A stretch of 64,000 nt of DNA from a virus. Position 1 is the stretch's first letter. Every line of letters begins with the position of its first letter. The notes below the pieces were generated by a model. That model did not search any database. It was not told the DNA's origin and worked only from the letters and a program-made list of their open reading frames with translations. Where the stretch lies: positions 1 to 64,000 of the IMG/VR virus record IMGVR_UViG_3300037042_001212; one strand, given 5' to 3'. The translations under genes were made by a program, and so were the position numbers. Below, piece after piece: positions 27,792 through 38,895 of this stretch.

Positions 27792-27993
27792 TGTGCCGGA
27801 AGGGGGCAGCTTCTTCGTCCCCTCGCTGGCCCCGTTCAAAACAAAAGAAGCAGGACTGAAGGCTGCGCTACATCACCGCGTGGCGGCTAAGGCAACCTTC
27901 GGCCTGCTGAACGGTCAGCACGGCGTGCTGTTTACGCGGCCTCGCGCAGTGCGTCGCGGTAAGCCTTTGCAGTCTCAATCTTCTGACGCCTGA
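27760..27993 (+). CDS. Small conserved phage protein
   Basis: YPW...EGGSFFVP pattern. Confidence 0.6.
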   Translation: MRLKVHYPWPSVPEGGSFFVPSLAPFKTKEAGLKAALHHRVAAKATFGLLNGQHGVLFTRPRAVRRGKPLQSQSSDA

Positions 27994-30900
27994 TCTCGTC
28001 CAGTTTCTCCCGCTTCTCTGAGGGCAACATCTCTTCGTCGGCACGAATAGCCTTCTCATAGTCCGTCAGCTGCTTCATCGCGTCCTTGAAGTTAGGCTCA
28101 CTGTCAGCCAGCATGATGCGGTCGATGTTCGCGTTGAGATACGCCTCAGCCTTGTCCTCACGCTTTTCTTCCAACAGCTTGGTATACGTGTTCTTTGCCT
28201 GAACAGCTTCTTCCATTTTCTCGTATACGCGATCGATGACGGCCCCGGCGTCGGTAGGCTGGAACATGCCGCCAACTAACGGATACTTGGAAGGCTTCAT
28301 CGACGCCGACGGCGGGTTATCTCCGGCCAGCAGCGGGTTGGCAAGCGACACTAAGGACAGCAACGTGCCGGAGCCAATATCCTTGATGAATTGATCGATG
28401 CGTGCGGGGGAGATATTGGCCCCCGCGCCCAGCATCTTGGCCAGCTCGGTGGTGCCTTCCTTATACCTCTCAGCAGGATCAAGCTTCTGCATGGCGGGAG
28501 TCTCGACATTAGCGCCCGTGAACAAATCAACGCCCGTTGCCTGACTGATTATTGGTTTGGCGATCTGGGGCATAAAGTAGCTACCCGCTCCCGGTATGGA
28601 GTTAGCCGCCATCTTGGCAAGCGCCTTGCCTACTGGAGCAAAATCTTCTTTGGAGAACGCAGCGTGGTAAATAGCTTCGGGGATTGCTTTAAACAGCAGT
28701 CCGTATTCAAACGGAATCGGAATTTTCAGCGGCGCGTCAACACCCGGGATGCGCACAAACCAGTTGGCCAGTCGTGCTTCGGGGGAGGCATTCTGATACG
28801 CCTCATCATCTTGCATCATCGCAGCATACGCAAGCGTCATAGCGCCAAGAGTGAGACCACGACGAATAAATTTATCTTGAATTTTTAACCGGTCGTTCAT
28901 CGGCATGCGCCCAGACATGGCGCGGTACATGATGCTCAAACCTTGGAGCTGAGTAGCAAAGAAAGGATACATCGTGTTGGCAATGTAAATCATCGGGGAC
29001 GTACCCTTGCGGTTGTAGTCCATGATCTCATTGGTTGCCACCCAAGCACGCACAGGGTTTAGCTTTTGCTTAATGAAGCTGTCGTACGCTGTTGCGCGGA
29101 TGGCCGTGTCCGACAGCATGCTCGTGGCTTCCAACCACGCAAGCGCAGTGTTCCACGTAGTTTTTCCACTGGAGATAGAACGAAGAATTTTTGCCATTTC
29201 TTCGTTACCGGATATTCCCGACAGCAGCTGGCCACCGCCAAGCCCCTCACGCTGTAGCTTTTCAACCGTCTCACTTTTTTTACTTACCGCTTTAGCCAAA
29301 TTTTTGATCGGATCAAGGATAGGCGTGAAATCAGCGCCGGAAGTACCCCACGCGGACAGGGACTCGCGAATTATTGAACGGATCGGGTATATTGGGCTCA
29401 AGACAATAAAATGGCGCAGTAGCTTGGCAGGTAACCCAAGCAGCCGCAGCGTGGGCGGAAAGGTAGTTTTAATACCCTCCATACCTTTCACCAGCAACTC
29501 AGCCGGAATCTCCTCGAAGATCGTGCCTTCCGTCTTTACTTTTATGTATACGTCTTCGCCGTCTAGTTTAAAGCGCAATATGTTCGGGCCTGCAGAACCC
29601 ATGCCCTTAAATATCGTGTTTTTCTGGTCGGGTTTTTTCTTGCTGGTGTAGGTCTCTGTCATACCAAGTTTGGACAGCAGCATCGCTGTGTCTTTAGTCG
29701 CCAAATTGCGCAGAGCCATATCTGTAAGCATGCGAGTGTTTTGCACCGCGCTTTGAAAAATAGGCAGTATGCGCTGATCTCCACCAACAAGTTCGTGTAG
29801 ATACGGTTGGTCTTTTATGTTGCCTATGCTAATAGGCGTAGAACCGTCGTCAAACACAAGCTCAAACTCGCCGTTTTTTTCCCGGTAAAACGGAATAAAG
29901 TCTTTCTTTGCTTTTAATACAGCTGCCAGTTCTTTGCTAAGCGCTCCTGCTTGGACAGCAAAGTTTATAAGGCCCTCGTTATACGCATTGTAAATACGCC
30001 GGGCTTCCTCAAACGCATCGGATACTTTTTTGTTTGACGCAATTTCTTTTTCAAACTTTGTCAGCTTTTCTTCCGTAACTAACAAGTTCCCGTTTTTGTC
30101 TTTACGGTAGCTCAACTTGGCAATGCCAACGCCTTCGTTCTTGATGCGCTTCGACGCCAGAAACAACGTAAACAGCGAGTCGTATTGTTCTGGAGTAAAA
30201 CCTGATTTATCCAACGAAGCAAATACTTTAAGCAACGTCGGGACGTCTTTGCCTTCTTTTCTTGTAACCTGCCAGTACTTCTCGCCATCTTGTTCTTTAT
30301 ACACAAGCTCACGCGGTCCGTTTTGCACGGTGTCCAGTGTATGGTTGGTAACCTTGCCGTGCTGTGACAAGGTGTAGATGTTCTGCACCGCTTCCATATC
30401 GGAGATAAGGCCCTTCTTCACCCCAATTTCCGCAGCCATCTTTACTGGAGCTTTGCTATCAAACGCAGTTGTCGCTGCAATACCAAGCAACTTAGCTTTG
30501 GTTTGGTCCTGCCAGCGCTTACCGTCGCTTCCAACCAACGCGTTCGTGAGTTCCCACGCGTCGTCCGACATACCTTCGGGTTTAGAGGTAGCGCTTCTAA
30601 ATACGATCTGCCCGTCAGGTGACTTGTAAATGCCCAAGCGACCACGCGACAGCGCTCGCTCAGCGTCATTGAGAATCTTCTGGATTGCCTTGGTGTCTGC
30701 CTTGGCCAAGTTGCTGAGCCCCGCGTTGCGGAAGAATCCACGCACCTTGGAGATCACGTCACGGATGAACGTCTTGACCTTCTCTGCAAAACGTGGTGCA
30801 ACACGACGCCCCTCGGCAGCGTGGGCAATCATCTCACGAACAAGAACGGTCATAACCTGTTCGTTTGGCTTGGTCGGCATGGCCATGCGAGCCGTGGTGA

Positions 30901-33900
30901 CATCCGGGAATAAACCCAGACCCGTGGCCACCTCGGCAATGTGGTCCAGACCCTTCTTGGTCATGTCGGCAACCATCGCCTTCATGCCCTCGGGGCCCAG
31001 CACCATGTCGGCACCGTAGTGGCCGATCAGTTCATGCGCGATGGTCTCTTCAACGTCTTTGGGAGAGCTGTGCGCTTCACCAATAACGACGACACGGCCA
31101 TCCGGCATGACTGCGCCCTTGGCAGCTTTACGCCCAGATGCAGCAACAGCTTCTTGAAAAGCAGCGGGGGCGTCGGCCAGCGTGGGGGCGTATATGAAGT
31201 CCACGCCCTCCGGCAGCGCAGCTTTTACCCGATCGGCTATCGCCTGTGCTTCGGCAAGATCAACCCCGGTGTCTGCGTCCGTGGCGTCGCGGAAGTCAAC
31301 GCCGTCGTCCGCTGCGCGGCGCTGCTGGCCCAAACCAGCTTGATCTACGGTGTCACGGTCCGTGGTGAACTCCGGGGTGTATCCCGGAAGCCCAGTCTTT
31401 AGTGGCGCGGGGGTGCGCTTGCCTTGGCGGTTTTCTGCAAATATCGTTTCACGCACGACGCGGGCTTGAAGAGCCTCTGACTTTTTAGCATTGCTTGATA
31501 TACCGAATCCCGCGTCACTCAGCGTCTTGGTCATTTTTGCCAACGTCTCTGCGCCACGACCTAACAGCGCCCGCACTTCTTTTGCGCGTTCAAGAGCTTT
31601 CTTAGCGCTGAGAAGTTCAGCTTCTCTTTGCCTAACTTTTCCCGCTTCTGCCCATGCTTTACTTGACGCCGTTTCGCCAAAACTGGCAACCTCAGCCGCC
31701 CCTTTCTTGGCGCTTTCCAAAGTCTCCGTAGTTTTTTCTACATCGGCGGTGCGGGCTTTTACATTTTCATTTGTACCAAGTCTACGATCCTCGATAGCTT
31801 TCGTTACCTTGGCTGCAAGCGCAGCCCGCTGACGACGCAACTTTAACAGTATTTCTTCTTGCGCAGCCTCCTTAGCACGCTCCTTTGCGGTTGTACCAGT
31901 TTCAATATCCGTTTGCCCCGCCTCTATTTCGGATAAATCCGACGGGCCTTCCAGCGACTTTTGTTGGTAAACAACCCCGATAGTTCGTTTAAGTTCTTTA
32001 ATGCGCCTACGCAGCGCTGCAGCAGGGCGTTTCTTCGGGTCTAGTTTACGTAGCTGGTCTTCAAGGTCTGTGACTTCCTGTTCTTCTTTAAGCGTAAGCG
32101 TCTTCTTTGGGACACCGCGCAAACCTTCAGACCCTTTAATACTTCCTTGTGCGATGTCCGCCAGAATATCTTCTACACGCCTAGTTTCAGCAACCTGTGC
32201 TTCTTTCGTGCGCTGCATGCTGGCGGCTACGGCATCGAGAGACTTCAATACTCGCGCCCGTAAAGCTTTTACGCGTTGCTCTTGGGCAATTGATGCTTCT
32301 TTTTTTTGCAACGCCTTCAGCTGTTCTTTAAACGGCTTCAAATCTGCTTTGGCCTTCTGCAGTACCGCGTTTTCTTTTCGCAGCTTCTGCCTAAAACTTT
32401 CTAAGGAAACCACTTTCCTATACGCGTTTGCATACCTAATATTGATCCGCGCTTCAGTCTTTAGCTTGGCAATATCAGCATCTGACAACCCCGCCGCAAA
32501 CTCCATGTCTGCAAGCAACTCCAAATCCTGACGAGCATACCCTCGCCCTTTCAGCGTGTCGGAAAAGTCTTCAGCTAAAATGTCATCAATACGTTTAATC
32601 TCTGCGTCTATTGTTTCTTCAGCCTCGGCCACAAACGCTTCTTGCGTCTCAACACGCTCGCGTATATTTGTCATCGCGTCGCGATCGGCTTGTTCTTCTG
32701 GAGTAACTTTTTTAGCGGGGGGGCGGCTGTCTTCAGGAGTAATGACCTGACCTGCAGGCACAAACTGCTTGGGTTTTTGTTTTTCCTGTAAAGCTGCAGT
32801 AGCTTTTTCTCTCTTATCAGCGGTAGCTACTTCAGCCTGTGTTTTTGTAATCAGAGCGTTTACCGCATTAAGTTGAGCGTCCAACCCACGCAAATATTGT
32901 TTTGTCTCACCGCTTAACTGAACGCTCGTAAGTTTGCTCAAGCTATCAAAGCTTTTAAGCTTGATTTTTGATTTTTGCGATTCTTTAAGAACCTGACGGG
33001 TAAGCCGATCACGTTGCTCCGGTTCGAGCCCGTCTGCGTACTCTATGTTTGCTAAAACAGATTCAGCCAATGGAGCCAAACGCTCGGCCTCTGCATCCGC
33101 TTTGGCTTTGGCAATTTCATTCTCCAGCTTGTCTTTCAGGGTGACAAGACTTGCCAGCCGCTCTTTAGCGTTGCGCTTGCTAACTTCCTTCTGCTCCGCC
33201 CGCAGCTTTTGCCGGATGTCTGCCATAAGCGCACGACGTTCCAGCCTGCGCTTTTTCTTTTCTTTCTCCGTAGCTACTTTCTGCAGCAGCGCTTTGGTTT
33301 CTTCCAGCTTCGCCTGCTTCTTGCTCTCCACAGTCGCGGTGCGTTTCTCCACGGCTTGCTTCTTCTTGGTGACCTCTGTCACCGACCCCGGGAACATTTC
33401 CCGCTGTTTGCCGCTAAGGTCAGGCTCCGGCGCTTCTTCCGGCACCGCTGCCGCTTGCTGCGCGTCGTAGCGATCCGACAACACCGCTGCGGACTGCTGC
33501 GTAAGCCCGAACGGGCCCTTCTGCTTCTTCGGCTTCTCCCGTTTGTATTTCTCAACCGCCCGCAGGATCAAACGATCGACGCCTTGCTGCAGCCGAGCCA
33601 ATTCACCGGTTTTAGTGTCGGTAATGGTCATGCCGCGATCGATAGCGCCTTGTTTTACACCTAGCTTATCCCGCAGCTCGTTTTGCAAAGCCCCCTCGGG
33701 TTCTCCCGGCTTGGCATTCTTGGTTATCCGGCTCAACCACAGCTTCACTTCCTGCTCAAGACGTTCCTGCGCGGGTATCGACATCTGCACGCCCGTCTGC
33801 TCAACGCGCTTGGCCGCTTCCATTTTGGCCAGCAGTGCAATCTGCTCAGCACGCAGCTCCGCTGCACGGCGGGATACATCCCCTACGTTGTCGCCTTTAC

Positions 33901-36340
33901 GCAGAGAGTCAATCTCGTTGCCCCAGTTAAACATCTGATCACTGCGCTGCTCCGCAAACTTGCTAATATCCGTGGCGCGTTTGAGTGCGGCTGCTTTTTT
34001 CTTTTCTTGCTGCTCGGCTGAAACCTCCCCCTTCCCAGTGGTCGCCTCCAATACACCCAACAACCCTGATTCTGCTGGAGATAGCCCAGTTTTCTGCACA
34101 GTACTCTGCGCCGCAAGCTGCAGGCGTTTCAACTCCCCGATCGTGGCTTCCACCCCCATGAGGCGCTGCCCGTCTTCAGTAAGCATCCCGTTTTTAACCA
34201 GCTCTTTGTCCGGAAACTCCGTTATGCGTGCTTGGTTAAGCTCACGTAGACGCGTCTCGATTACTTGAAGCGCCTGTGCAGCTTGATCCGGCTTGGACAG
34301 GTCGAAGCTTGCGCGGGAGAGGCCCAGCAAAGACGCAACCTTCCCGGTTATTTTTCCCGAGTCAATTACTTTCTGCAGCTTGTCTAAGCGCTCCTGCATG
34401 GTGTCAAGATTGCCGACCTTGATCCCGCGCCCGAAGAGGATCGCTTTAAGCGGTTGCGTTCTGGAAAAGCTCTCCGCCCGCCCGCCGACCTGATCGATAT
34501 CGGCCAACTCCTCTTGCTGGCGTTTGTACTCCTCGTAACGCCGCACTTTATCTTGCTGCGCGGCGTCCAGCTGGTCCATGATCTCGTCCGCAAACAGGGT
34601 GTCTTGCTTCGGCTGCTGTTGAACCTGCGCCTGCGGGTTGCGCTCATCGAAGTCGATGTTTGTGCGGTCTGTGGCGGTGAGCATATCCAGCTCAGGCACA
34701 CCAGCGAGAAGGTCCCCGCTCTGCGCCAAATCCTGCTTGAGTTTAACCACCTGCTTAGTAAGCTGACTAACTGCGGCTATATCGCCCTCTGTCTTGGCTT
34801 TCTCCATCTGCTTGTTCAGCGCTTTGAGCTTCTTCTCTGCTTGCTCACGCGACGAGCTGGGAGGTGCCTGCTTGATCAGCGCATCCACACGCACCAATTC
34901 CCGCGCAAGCGCTTCGTCTTTTTTGAGTATCGCGTCTATACCGTCGGAATCTTTTCCCGCCAGCGCGTTAGCCTGATCAGTGAGCGCATCCCTAGCATCT
35001 AACAGCTGCTGCCGACGCTGCGCCAACGCTTCCGGGTCATTTAGTTCACTCTGCAGCCGTTGCATGTCGTTGCGCAGCTGCGAGGCCCGTTGTGTATCGC
35101 CGTTAGCCTCAGCCTCTTGCATCTGTTTGTAGAGCTGCTGCATGTTGCCCGCCACCGGCAGAGGTGTTGCCTCTCCACCAAACAGACGCCCTTGACCCTC
35201 GGGGGCGTACCCGGCCTCAACCGTGGCCTGCCGCTGCTGTTGGAGAGCTTGTTTTTGCTGCTCCGCAACAAAGGCCTGTTGCTGCGCAATTTGTGCTGCT
35301 CGCGCATCGCGTTGGTTACTCAGCTCCTGCAACTTGTCCCGTGCCGCGCTGCGACCAGAAATACCACCGGCAACGCCAAACACAGCGCCCGGGCCAGCCA
35401 CGCCTACAGCCGTCGCCTCGTATTCTTTGCGGGCGTCTTCATCGAACAGGTTGAGCCCTGCTTGTGCCCTCTCCAAAACAGCTTGTGCAATCTCCGTCGG
35501 CATCTCGACCGCGACACCCTTCGCAGCGCCCGTCGCCCCGGTGCGCAGCAAGCTTGCCTGCGCGGTGCGGGCCAGCACCTCTTCTGCTTTTTTGATGCCT
35601 ACTTTCTCAGCAATACCTTCCAGAGTCTTGGTGAGGGTAGCGCCCATGCCCAGCTTGCCCAGCACAAACAGCGTGCTGATCGCATCCACCCCGGCTTGAG
35701 GCACCGCTGCTGCCGTCGCGATGCCGTAGTCCAGCGCTTCTTTTTTACCCGCTTTCTCTTGCTCGTCGGCCTGCCGCTTGACGTTGGAGCCGATGAAGCC
35801 CGGGATGCTTGCGCCGAGAGCGCCCAGTGCGCCACCAACCAGAGGTGCAACAGGGGCTGCTGGGCCAAGGAAGGGTGATGCCAGCGCACCCGCTCCAGCG
35901 CCAAGCCGCGCTCCAGCTATCGTAGCGCCCATCTGCGGTAACGACTCACCTAGCTGCCCACGCCACATGCGCATGAGCTGGCTCAACCCACCGCGCTGTT
36001 CTTCCTTCTCGCCACCAAACACGCCGTATTTGGCAGCGGCTTCCTTTACCTCTTCATAGTTTGGCGTCTTCGATGTTTCCATCTGCCGCGCCTGATCTTG
36101 TGCGATCATGCGGCGGGTTTGATCGTCTGACATGCCGAGGAGCGGTGCCGCAGCTGTCGCCACGTTGGAGGCCAGCCCCATCGCTCCCGATTTGATGCTG
36201 GGGATCAGACCTTCCTCGGCCTTGCGAGTGTCAGCGAACTCTTTGGGAAACTTGCTTTTGGCGAGATCAAGCGCCTCTTCGTCAGACAGACCTTCAGGGA
36301 CTTTGATCAGCTTACCGCTGAGAGCACGAATGAACGGCAT
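27932..36340 (-). CDS. Large polyvalent / ejection protein with metallopeptidase-like and LPD38-like domains
   Basis: 2802 aa; N-terminal hydrophobic Gly/Ala segment, long coiled coils, IAHELIGHYG (HExxxH), C-terminal KIPIPFEYG.LF...PII...TG...FTG; last gene of the virion operon. Confidence 0.85.
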   Translation of the reverse strand: MPFIRALSGKLIKVPEGLSDEEALDLAKSKFPKEFADTRKAEEGLIPSIKSGAMGLASNVATAAAPLLGMSDDQTRRMIAQDQARQMETSKTPNYEEVKEAAAKYGVFGGEKEEQRGGLSQLMRMWRGQLGESLPQMGATIAGARLGAGAGALASPFLGPAAPVAPLVGGALGALGASIPGFIGSNVKRQADEQEKAGKKEALDYGIATAAAVPQAGVDAISTLFVLGKLGMGATLTKTLEGIAEKVGIKKAEEVLARTAQASLLRTGATGAAKGVAVEMPTEIAQAVLERAQAGLNLFDEDARKEYEATAVGVAGPGAVFGVAGGISGRSAARDKLQELSNQRDARAAQIAQQQAFVAEQQKQALQQQRQATVEAGYAPEGQGRLFGGEATPLPVAGNMQQLYKQMQEAEANGDTQRASQLRNDMQRLQSELNDPEALAQRRQQLLDARDALTDQANALAGKDSDGIDAILKKDEALARELVRVDALIKQAPPSSSREQAEKKLKALNKQMEKAKTEGDIAAVSQLTKQVVKLKQDLAQSGDLLAGVPELDMLTATDRTNIDFDERNPQAQVQQQPKQDTLFADEIMDQLDAAQQDKVRRYEEYKRQQEELADIDQVGGRAESFSRTQPLKAILFGRGIKVGNLDTMQERLDKLQKVIDSGKITGKVASLLGLSRASFDLSKPDQAAQALQVIETRLRELNQARITEFPDKELVKNGMLTEDGQRLMGVEATIGELKRLQLAAQSTVQKTGLSPAESGLLGVLEATTGKGEVSAEQQEKKKAAALKRATDISKFAEQRSDQMFNWGNEIDSLRKGDNVGDVSRRAAELRAEQIALLAKMEAAKRVEQTGVQMSIPAQERLEQEVKLWLSRITKNAKPGEPEGALQNELRDKLGVKQGAIDRGMTITDTKTGELARLQQGVDRLILRAVEKYKREKPKKQKGPFGLTQQSAAVLSDRYDAQQAAAVPEEAPEPDLSGKQREMFPGSVTEVTKKKQAVEKRTATVESKKQAKLEETKALLQKVATEKEKKKRRLERRALMADIRQKLRAEQKEVSKRNAKERLASLVTLKDKLENEIAKAKADAEAERLAPLAESVLANIEYADGLEPEQRDRLTRQVLKESQKSKIKLKSFDSLSKLTSVQLSGETKQYLRGLDAQLNAVNALITKTQAEVATADKREKATAALQEKQKPKQFVPAGQVITPEDSRPPAKKVTPEEQADRDAMTNIRERVETQEAFVAEAEETIDAEIKRIDDILAEDFSDTLKGRGYARQDLELLADMEFAAGLSDADIAKLKTEARINIRYANAYRKVVSLESFRQKLRKENAVLQKAKADLKPFKEQLKALQKKEASIAQEQRVKALRARVLKSLDAVAASMQRTKEAQVAETRRVEDILADIAQGSIKGSEGLRGVPKKTLTLKEEQEVTDLEDQLRKLDPKKRPAAALRRRIKELKRTIGVVYQQKSLEGPSDLSEIEAGQTDIETGTTAKERAKEAAQEEILLKLRRQRAALAAKVTKAIEDRRLGTNENVKARTADVEKTTETLESAKKGAAEVASFGETASSKAWAEAGKVRQREAELLSAKKALERAKEVRALLGRGAETLAKMTKTLSDAGFGISSNAKKSEALQARVVRETIFAENRQGKRTPAPLKTGLPGYTPEFTTDRDTVDQAGLGQQRRAADDGVDFRDATDADTGVDLAEAQAIADRVKAALPEGVDFIYAPTLADAPAAFQEAVAASGRKAAKGAVMPDGRVVVIGEAHSSPKDVEETIAHELIGHYGADMVLGPEGMKAMVADMTKKGLDHIAEVATGLGLFPDVTTARMAMPTKPNEQVMTVLVREMIAHAAEGRRVAPRFAEKVKTFIRDVISKVRGFFRNAGLSNLAKADTKAIQKILNDAERALSRGRLGIYKSPDGQIVFRSATSKPEGMSDDAWELTNALVGSDGKRWQDQTKAKLLGIAATTAFDSKAPVKMAAEIGVKKGLISDMEAVQNIYTLSQHGKVTNHTLDTVQNGPRELVYKEQDGEKYWQVTRKEGKDVPTLLKVFASLDKSGFTPEQYDSLFTLFLASKRIKNEGVGIAKLSYRKDKNGNLLVTEEKLTKFEKEIASNKKVSDAFEEARRIYNAYNEGLINFAVQAGALSKELAAVLKAKKDFIPFYREKNGEFELVFDDGSTPISIGNIKDQPYLHELVGGDQRILPIFQSAVQNTRMLTDMALRNLATKDTAMLLSKLGMTETYTSKKKPDQKNTIFKGMGSAGPNILRFKLDGEDVYIKVKTEGTIFEEIPAELLVKGMEGIKTTFPPTLRLLGLPAKLLRHFIVLSPIYPIRSIIRESLSAWGTSGADFTPILDPIKNLAKAVSKKSETVEKLQREGLGGGQLLSGISGNEEMAKILRSISSGKTTWNTALAWLEATSMLSDTAIRATAYDSFIKQKLNPVRAWVATNEIMDYNRKGTSPMIYIANTMYPFFATQLQGLSIMYRAMSGRMPMNDRLKIQDKFIRRGLTLGAMTLAYAAMMQDDEAYQNASPEARLANWFVRIPGVDAPLKIPIPFEYGLLFKAIPEAIYHAAFSKEDFAPVGKALAKMAANSIPGAGSYFMPQIAKPIISQATGVDLFTGANVETPAMQKLDPAERYKEGTTELAKMLGAGANISPARIDQFIKDIGSGTLLSLVSLANPLLAGDNPPSASMKPSKYPLVGGMFQPTDAGAVIDRVYEKMEEAVQAKNTYTKLLEEKREDKAEAYLNANIDRIMLADSEPNFKDAMKQLTDYEKAIRADEEMLPSEKREKLDEIRRQKIETAKAYRDALREAA

Positions 36341-36351
36341 GGACAGTCCTC

Positions 36352-38895
36352 TTACTTTGTTGCGTCGAAGTAGCTACCTGCAGCAGCGTCGGGGATTTGA
36401 ATGCTTGTTGGCGCTGCTGAGGCAAAAGAGTAACCCTCCGGTGATAGAGACGTAAGCTCCTCTTGGTATGCACGGTTCTGTAGTTCCGCCACGCCCACTC
36501 CGGGGTTCTTCTTCTTGTAGTCCATCAGCCATTGCATATTCTTAAAGTTTTTGGCTACGTTGTCTTTTGCTTTGTCCTTGATAGCCGATTCTTGAGCAGA
36601 CGTTAAACGTCCTTTACCCTCTGCCCGAGCCATTCCGGTATCACGAAGCATAGCCGTATGCGCCGCCTGCGCTTTCTCCGTAGCCCGGTTGTGGCGCTGC
36701 TGCTCGGTTAGTTGTGTGCCTTGTAGTGCAACCATTGCCTCGCGATACACCGTCTGCGCAGCCAGCTCCGCCGCCTTTATCTTCCGATCCTGCGACTGGC
36801 CCATCAACTTGGAGCCCAGCTCGAAGTCACCCTGTTTGAAGGCCAAGTCCGCCTTGGCCATATCCATCCGTGACTTGTCCAAGTCTTTTTCAAACCCGCG
36901 CTTCTCCTTGCCGTATGCAGCTCCGGTCTCACCAGCGGCACCGAAGGCGGCACCAAGCGATTCGATACCCCCTCGACCGCGTTTACCCAGTTCAGCGGCA
37001 GCACGCAAGGCAGCTACGCCACGCGATTCGTCCCGCAGTGCAGCAAGACCTGTCTCGCCCTTTGTCTGCGACTCCTGCTCCGCTCTGCGCAGTGCTTCAC
37101 GTTCGGACTTCGTATAGGTGCCCGCCTGCTCAGCGAACCGCTTGAGCATGTCCTCATCGGATTCTTGCGCAGCACGAGACAACCCCGGGGCCATTCCCTG
37201 AACCGACGACGGGCCGTCTGCGGCAGCATCCGGTTCGCCACCTGAAGACGGTATCAGTGCAGCGATACCCGGTTTGCTGACAGGAGCGCGTGGAGCGTTA
37301 TTACGTGGGGCGTTTCTACCCTGCGCCGGAGTAGCCGCAACGTCTGCAGCCGTAGGCTCGGGTAAACCCCCTTGAACATCCATATTCCCCTCCCCGGGGA
37401 TAACTCGCAGCCCAGTCGAAGACTCTTGAAACAAAGAGGCGGGGTCTTGTTCCGGGGGCGGGCCCATCGGATACCCAAACTCGGGATAGGGCAGGGGCTT
37501 ACCCGCCTTCGCCGCAATTTCATTCTGTTTCTGGCGTGTAATACGTTCGGCCCGTTGCATGGGGTTAAGCGTGGCGGGCTCTCCGGTCAAGTATCGACCT
37601 GTCCTGCCGCCAACCTGATACCGACGTATTTCTCCGCCCTCAAACATCGCGACGGGCTCTTCTTCACCGGCAATCCCACCATCTGGGATGTCCATGTTTT
37701 CAACCGGAACGGCTTCAAGGCCAGCCTGTGCAACTTGTTGCTGCAAGACGGACGGCTGGTTCGCTTCAGACTGCGCAGCCATGCCGTCTTGCGCAACTTG
37801 TGTTTTCTTCTTGAGGGTGTGCGCCAGCATGGCCGAGGTCACATCCACCGGCCCCGGTTCCCCGCGCATAATTGCTTCGAGGCGAGCCATTGGCATCGTA
37901 AGCGCAAGTTCGTATTGCTGCTGCGGAGAGGTACCACCAACGATACCACCAACGGCGTAGCCCTTAATTTCACCGCCATCCTTAGCACCAAACAGCTTGG
38001 ACGTGCCATACGCGCCCAGACCAAGTGAGGCTATTTGATTTGCGGCGGTTGCTGGGGCCTGATACTGATACATCGTCTGGTTCGGGCTCACGGGGACACC
38101 ACGGAGGAGTGAACTGTAGAACTGAAGCTGTGACTGCGGGAACGTCTGCTGCTGCATGAAGTCTTCGTAACGCCTGTTGAGGACGTCCTGCGACTGCGCT
38201 TGCTGCGTTGCACCAGCCGCTTGTTGAGCCTGAGCTGCAGCTGCCTGTTGACCAAACGCCGTCTGACCCAGTTGACCGAACTGCTGGCCCATCTGGCCAG
38301 CCAGCCCCAGACCTTGAAGCCCAAGCTGGGAGCCAAACTGCAGGTTCTTGTTGGCTTGTTCAAACGCTCGTTGTGAGCCTTGGGCTTGAATGTCGCCAAG
38401 CGTGTTCTGCAGGTTGCGCTGGGCTTCCGACTCCACGATCGCCTGACGAGAACCACCAAAGGCCCCTGCGCGGGATGCCGCCGCTTGTTGACCCGGGAGC
38501 TGCCGACCGTAGTCGTCAACGGCTTGCGTCTTCTGAAAGTCCACCACGTTCTGCATGTAGGGCGACATGTAGGCTTGCATGGAGCCGGGGGACGTTGCCT
38601 GCTGTGCGTAGTTCTGACCTGCGCCAAGAGCACCAAGCCCAGCCGCGCCTGTCATTCCAGCAGCTGGTGCGTTTAGCGCAGAAGGGCCGAGGCCCTGAAC
38701 CCCCTGAAACCCCTGCTGCTGCAACGGGCTGAACCCCGCAGTTCGCTCCCCACCATACGGCTGGTACTGCACTTGCGAGGCCGTTTGGCCGCGCTGCATG
38801 AGGTCCTCAAAATAAGGACGTGCATACTCCGGCAGGTTGCTCTGGTTTACCTGCGAAGTGGTTGGTGCCGGTGATCCGCCGCCGCCTTTACCCAT
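36352..38895 (-). CDS. Internal virion / DNA ejection protein
   Basis: MGKGGG start; LPEYARPY, YMSPYMQNVV, AGAFGGSRQA, Gln/Gly-rich. Confidence 0.8.
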   Translation of the reverse strand: MGKGGGGSPAPTTSQVNQSNLPEYARPYFEDLMQRGQTASQVQYQPYGGERTAGFSPLQQQGFQGVQGLGPSALNAPAAGMTGAAGLGALGAGQNYAQQATSPGSMQAYMSPYMQNVVDFQKTQAVDDYGRQLPGQQAAASRAGAFGGSRQAIVESEAQRNLQNTLGDIQAQGSQRAFEQANKNLQFGSQLGLQGLGLAGQMGQQFGQLGQTAFGQQAAAAQAQQAAGATQQAQSQDVLNRRYEDFMQQQTFPQSQLQFYSSLLRGVPVSPNQTMYQYQAPATAANQIASLGLGAYGTSKLFGAKDGGEIKGYAVGGIVGGTSPQQQYELALTMPMARLEAIMRGEPGPVDVTSAMLAHTLKKKTQVAQDGMAAQSEANQPSVLQQQVAQAGLEAVPVENMDIPDGGIAGEEEPVAMFEGGEIRRYQVGGRTGRYLTGEPATLNPMQRAERITRQKQNEIAAKAGKPLPYPEFGYPMGPPPEQDPASLFQESSTGLRVIPGEGNMDVQGGLPEPTAADVAATPAQGRNAPRNNAPRAPVSKPGIAALIPSSGGEPDAAADGPSSVQGMAPGLSRAAQESDEDMLKRFAEQAGTYTKSEREALRRAEQESQTKGETGLAALRDESRGVAALRAAAELGKRGRGGIESLGAAFGAAGETGAAYGKEKRGFEKDLDKSRMDMAKADLAFKQGDFELGSKLMGQSQDRKIKAAELAAQTVYREAMVALQGTQLTEQQRHNRATEKAQAAHTAMLRDTGMARAEGKGRLTSAQESAIKDKAKDNVAKNFKNMQWLMDYKKKNPGVGVAELQNRAYQEELTSLSPEGYSFASAAPTSIQIPDAAAGSYFDATK

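Noticed and set aside
28391-38732. Numerous plus-strand ORFs of 100-270 aa
   Set aside because: Antisense shadows of long minus-strand genes, with no motifs or RBS
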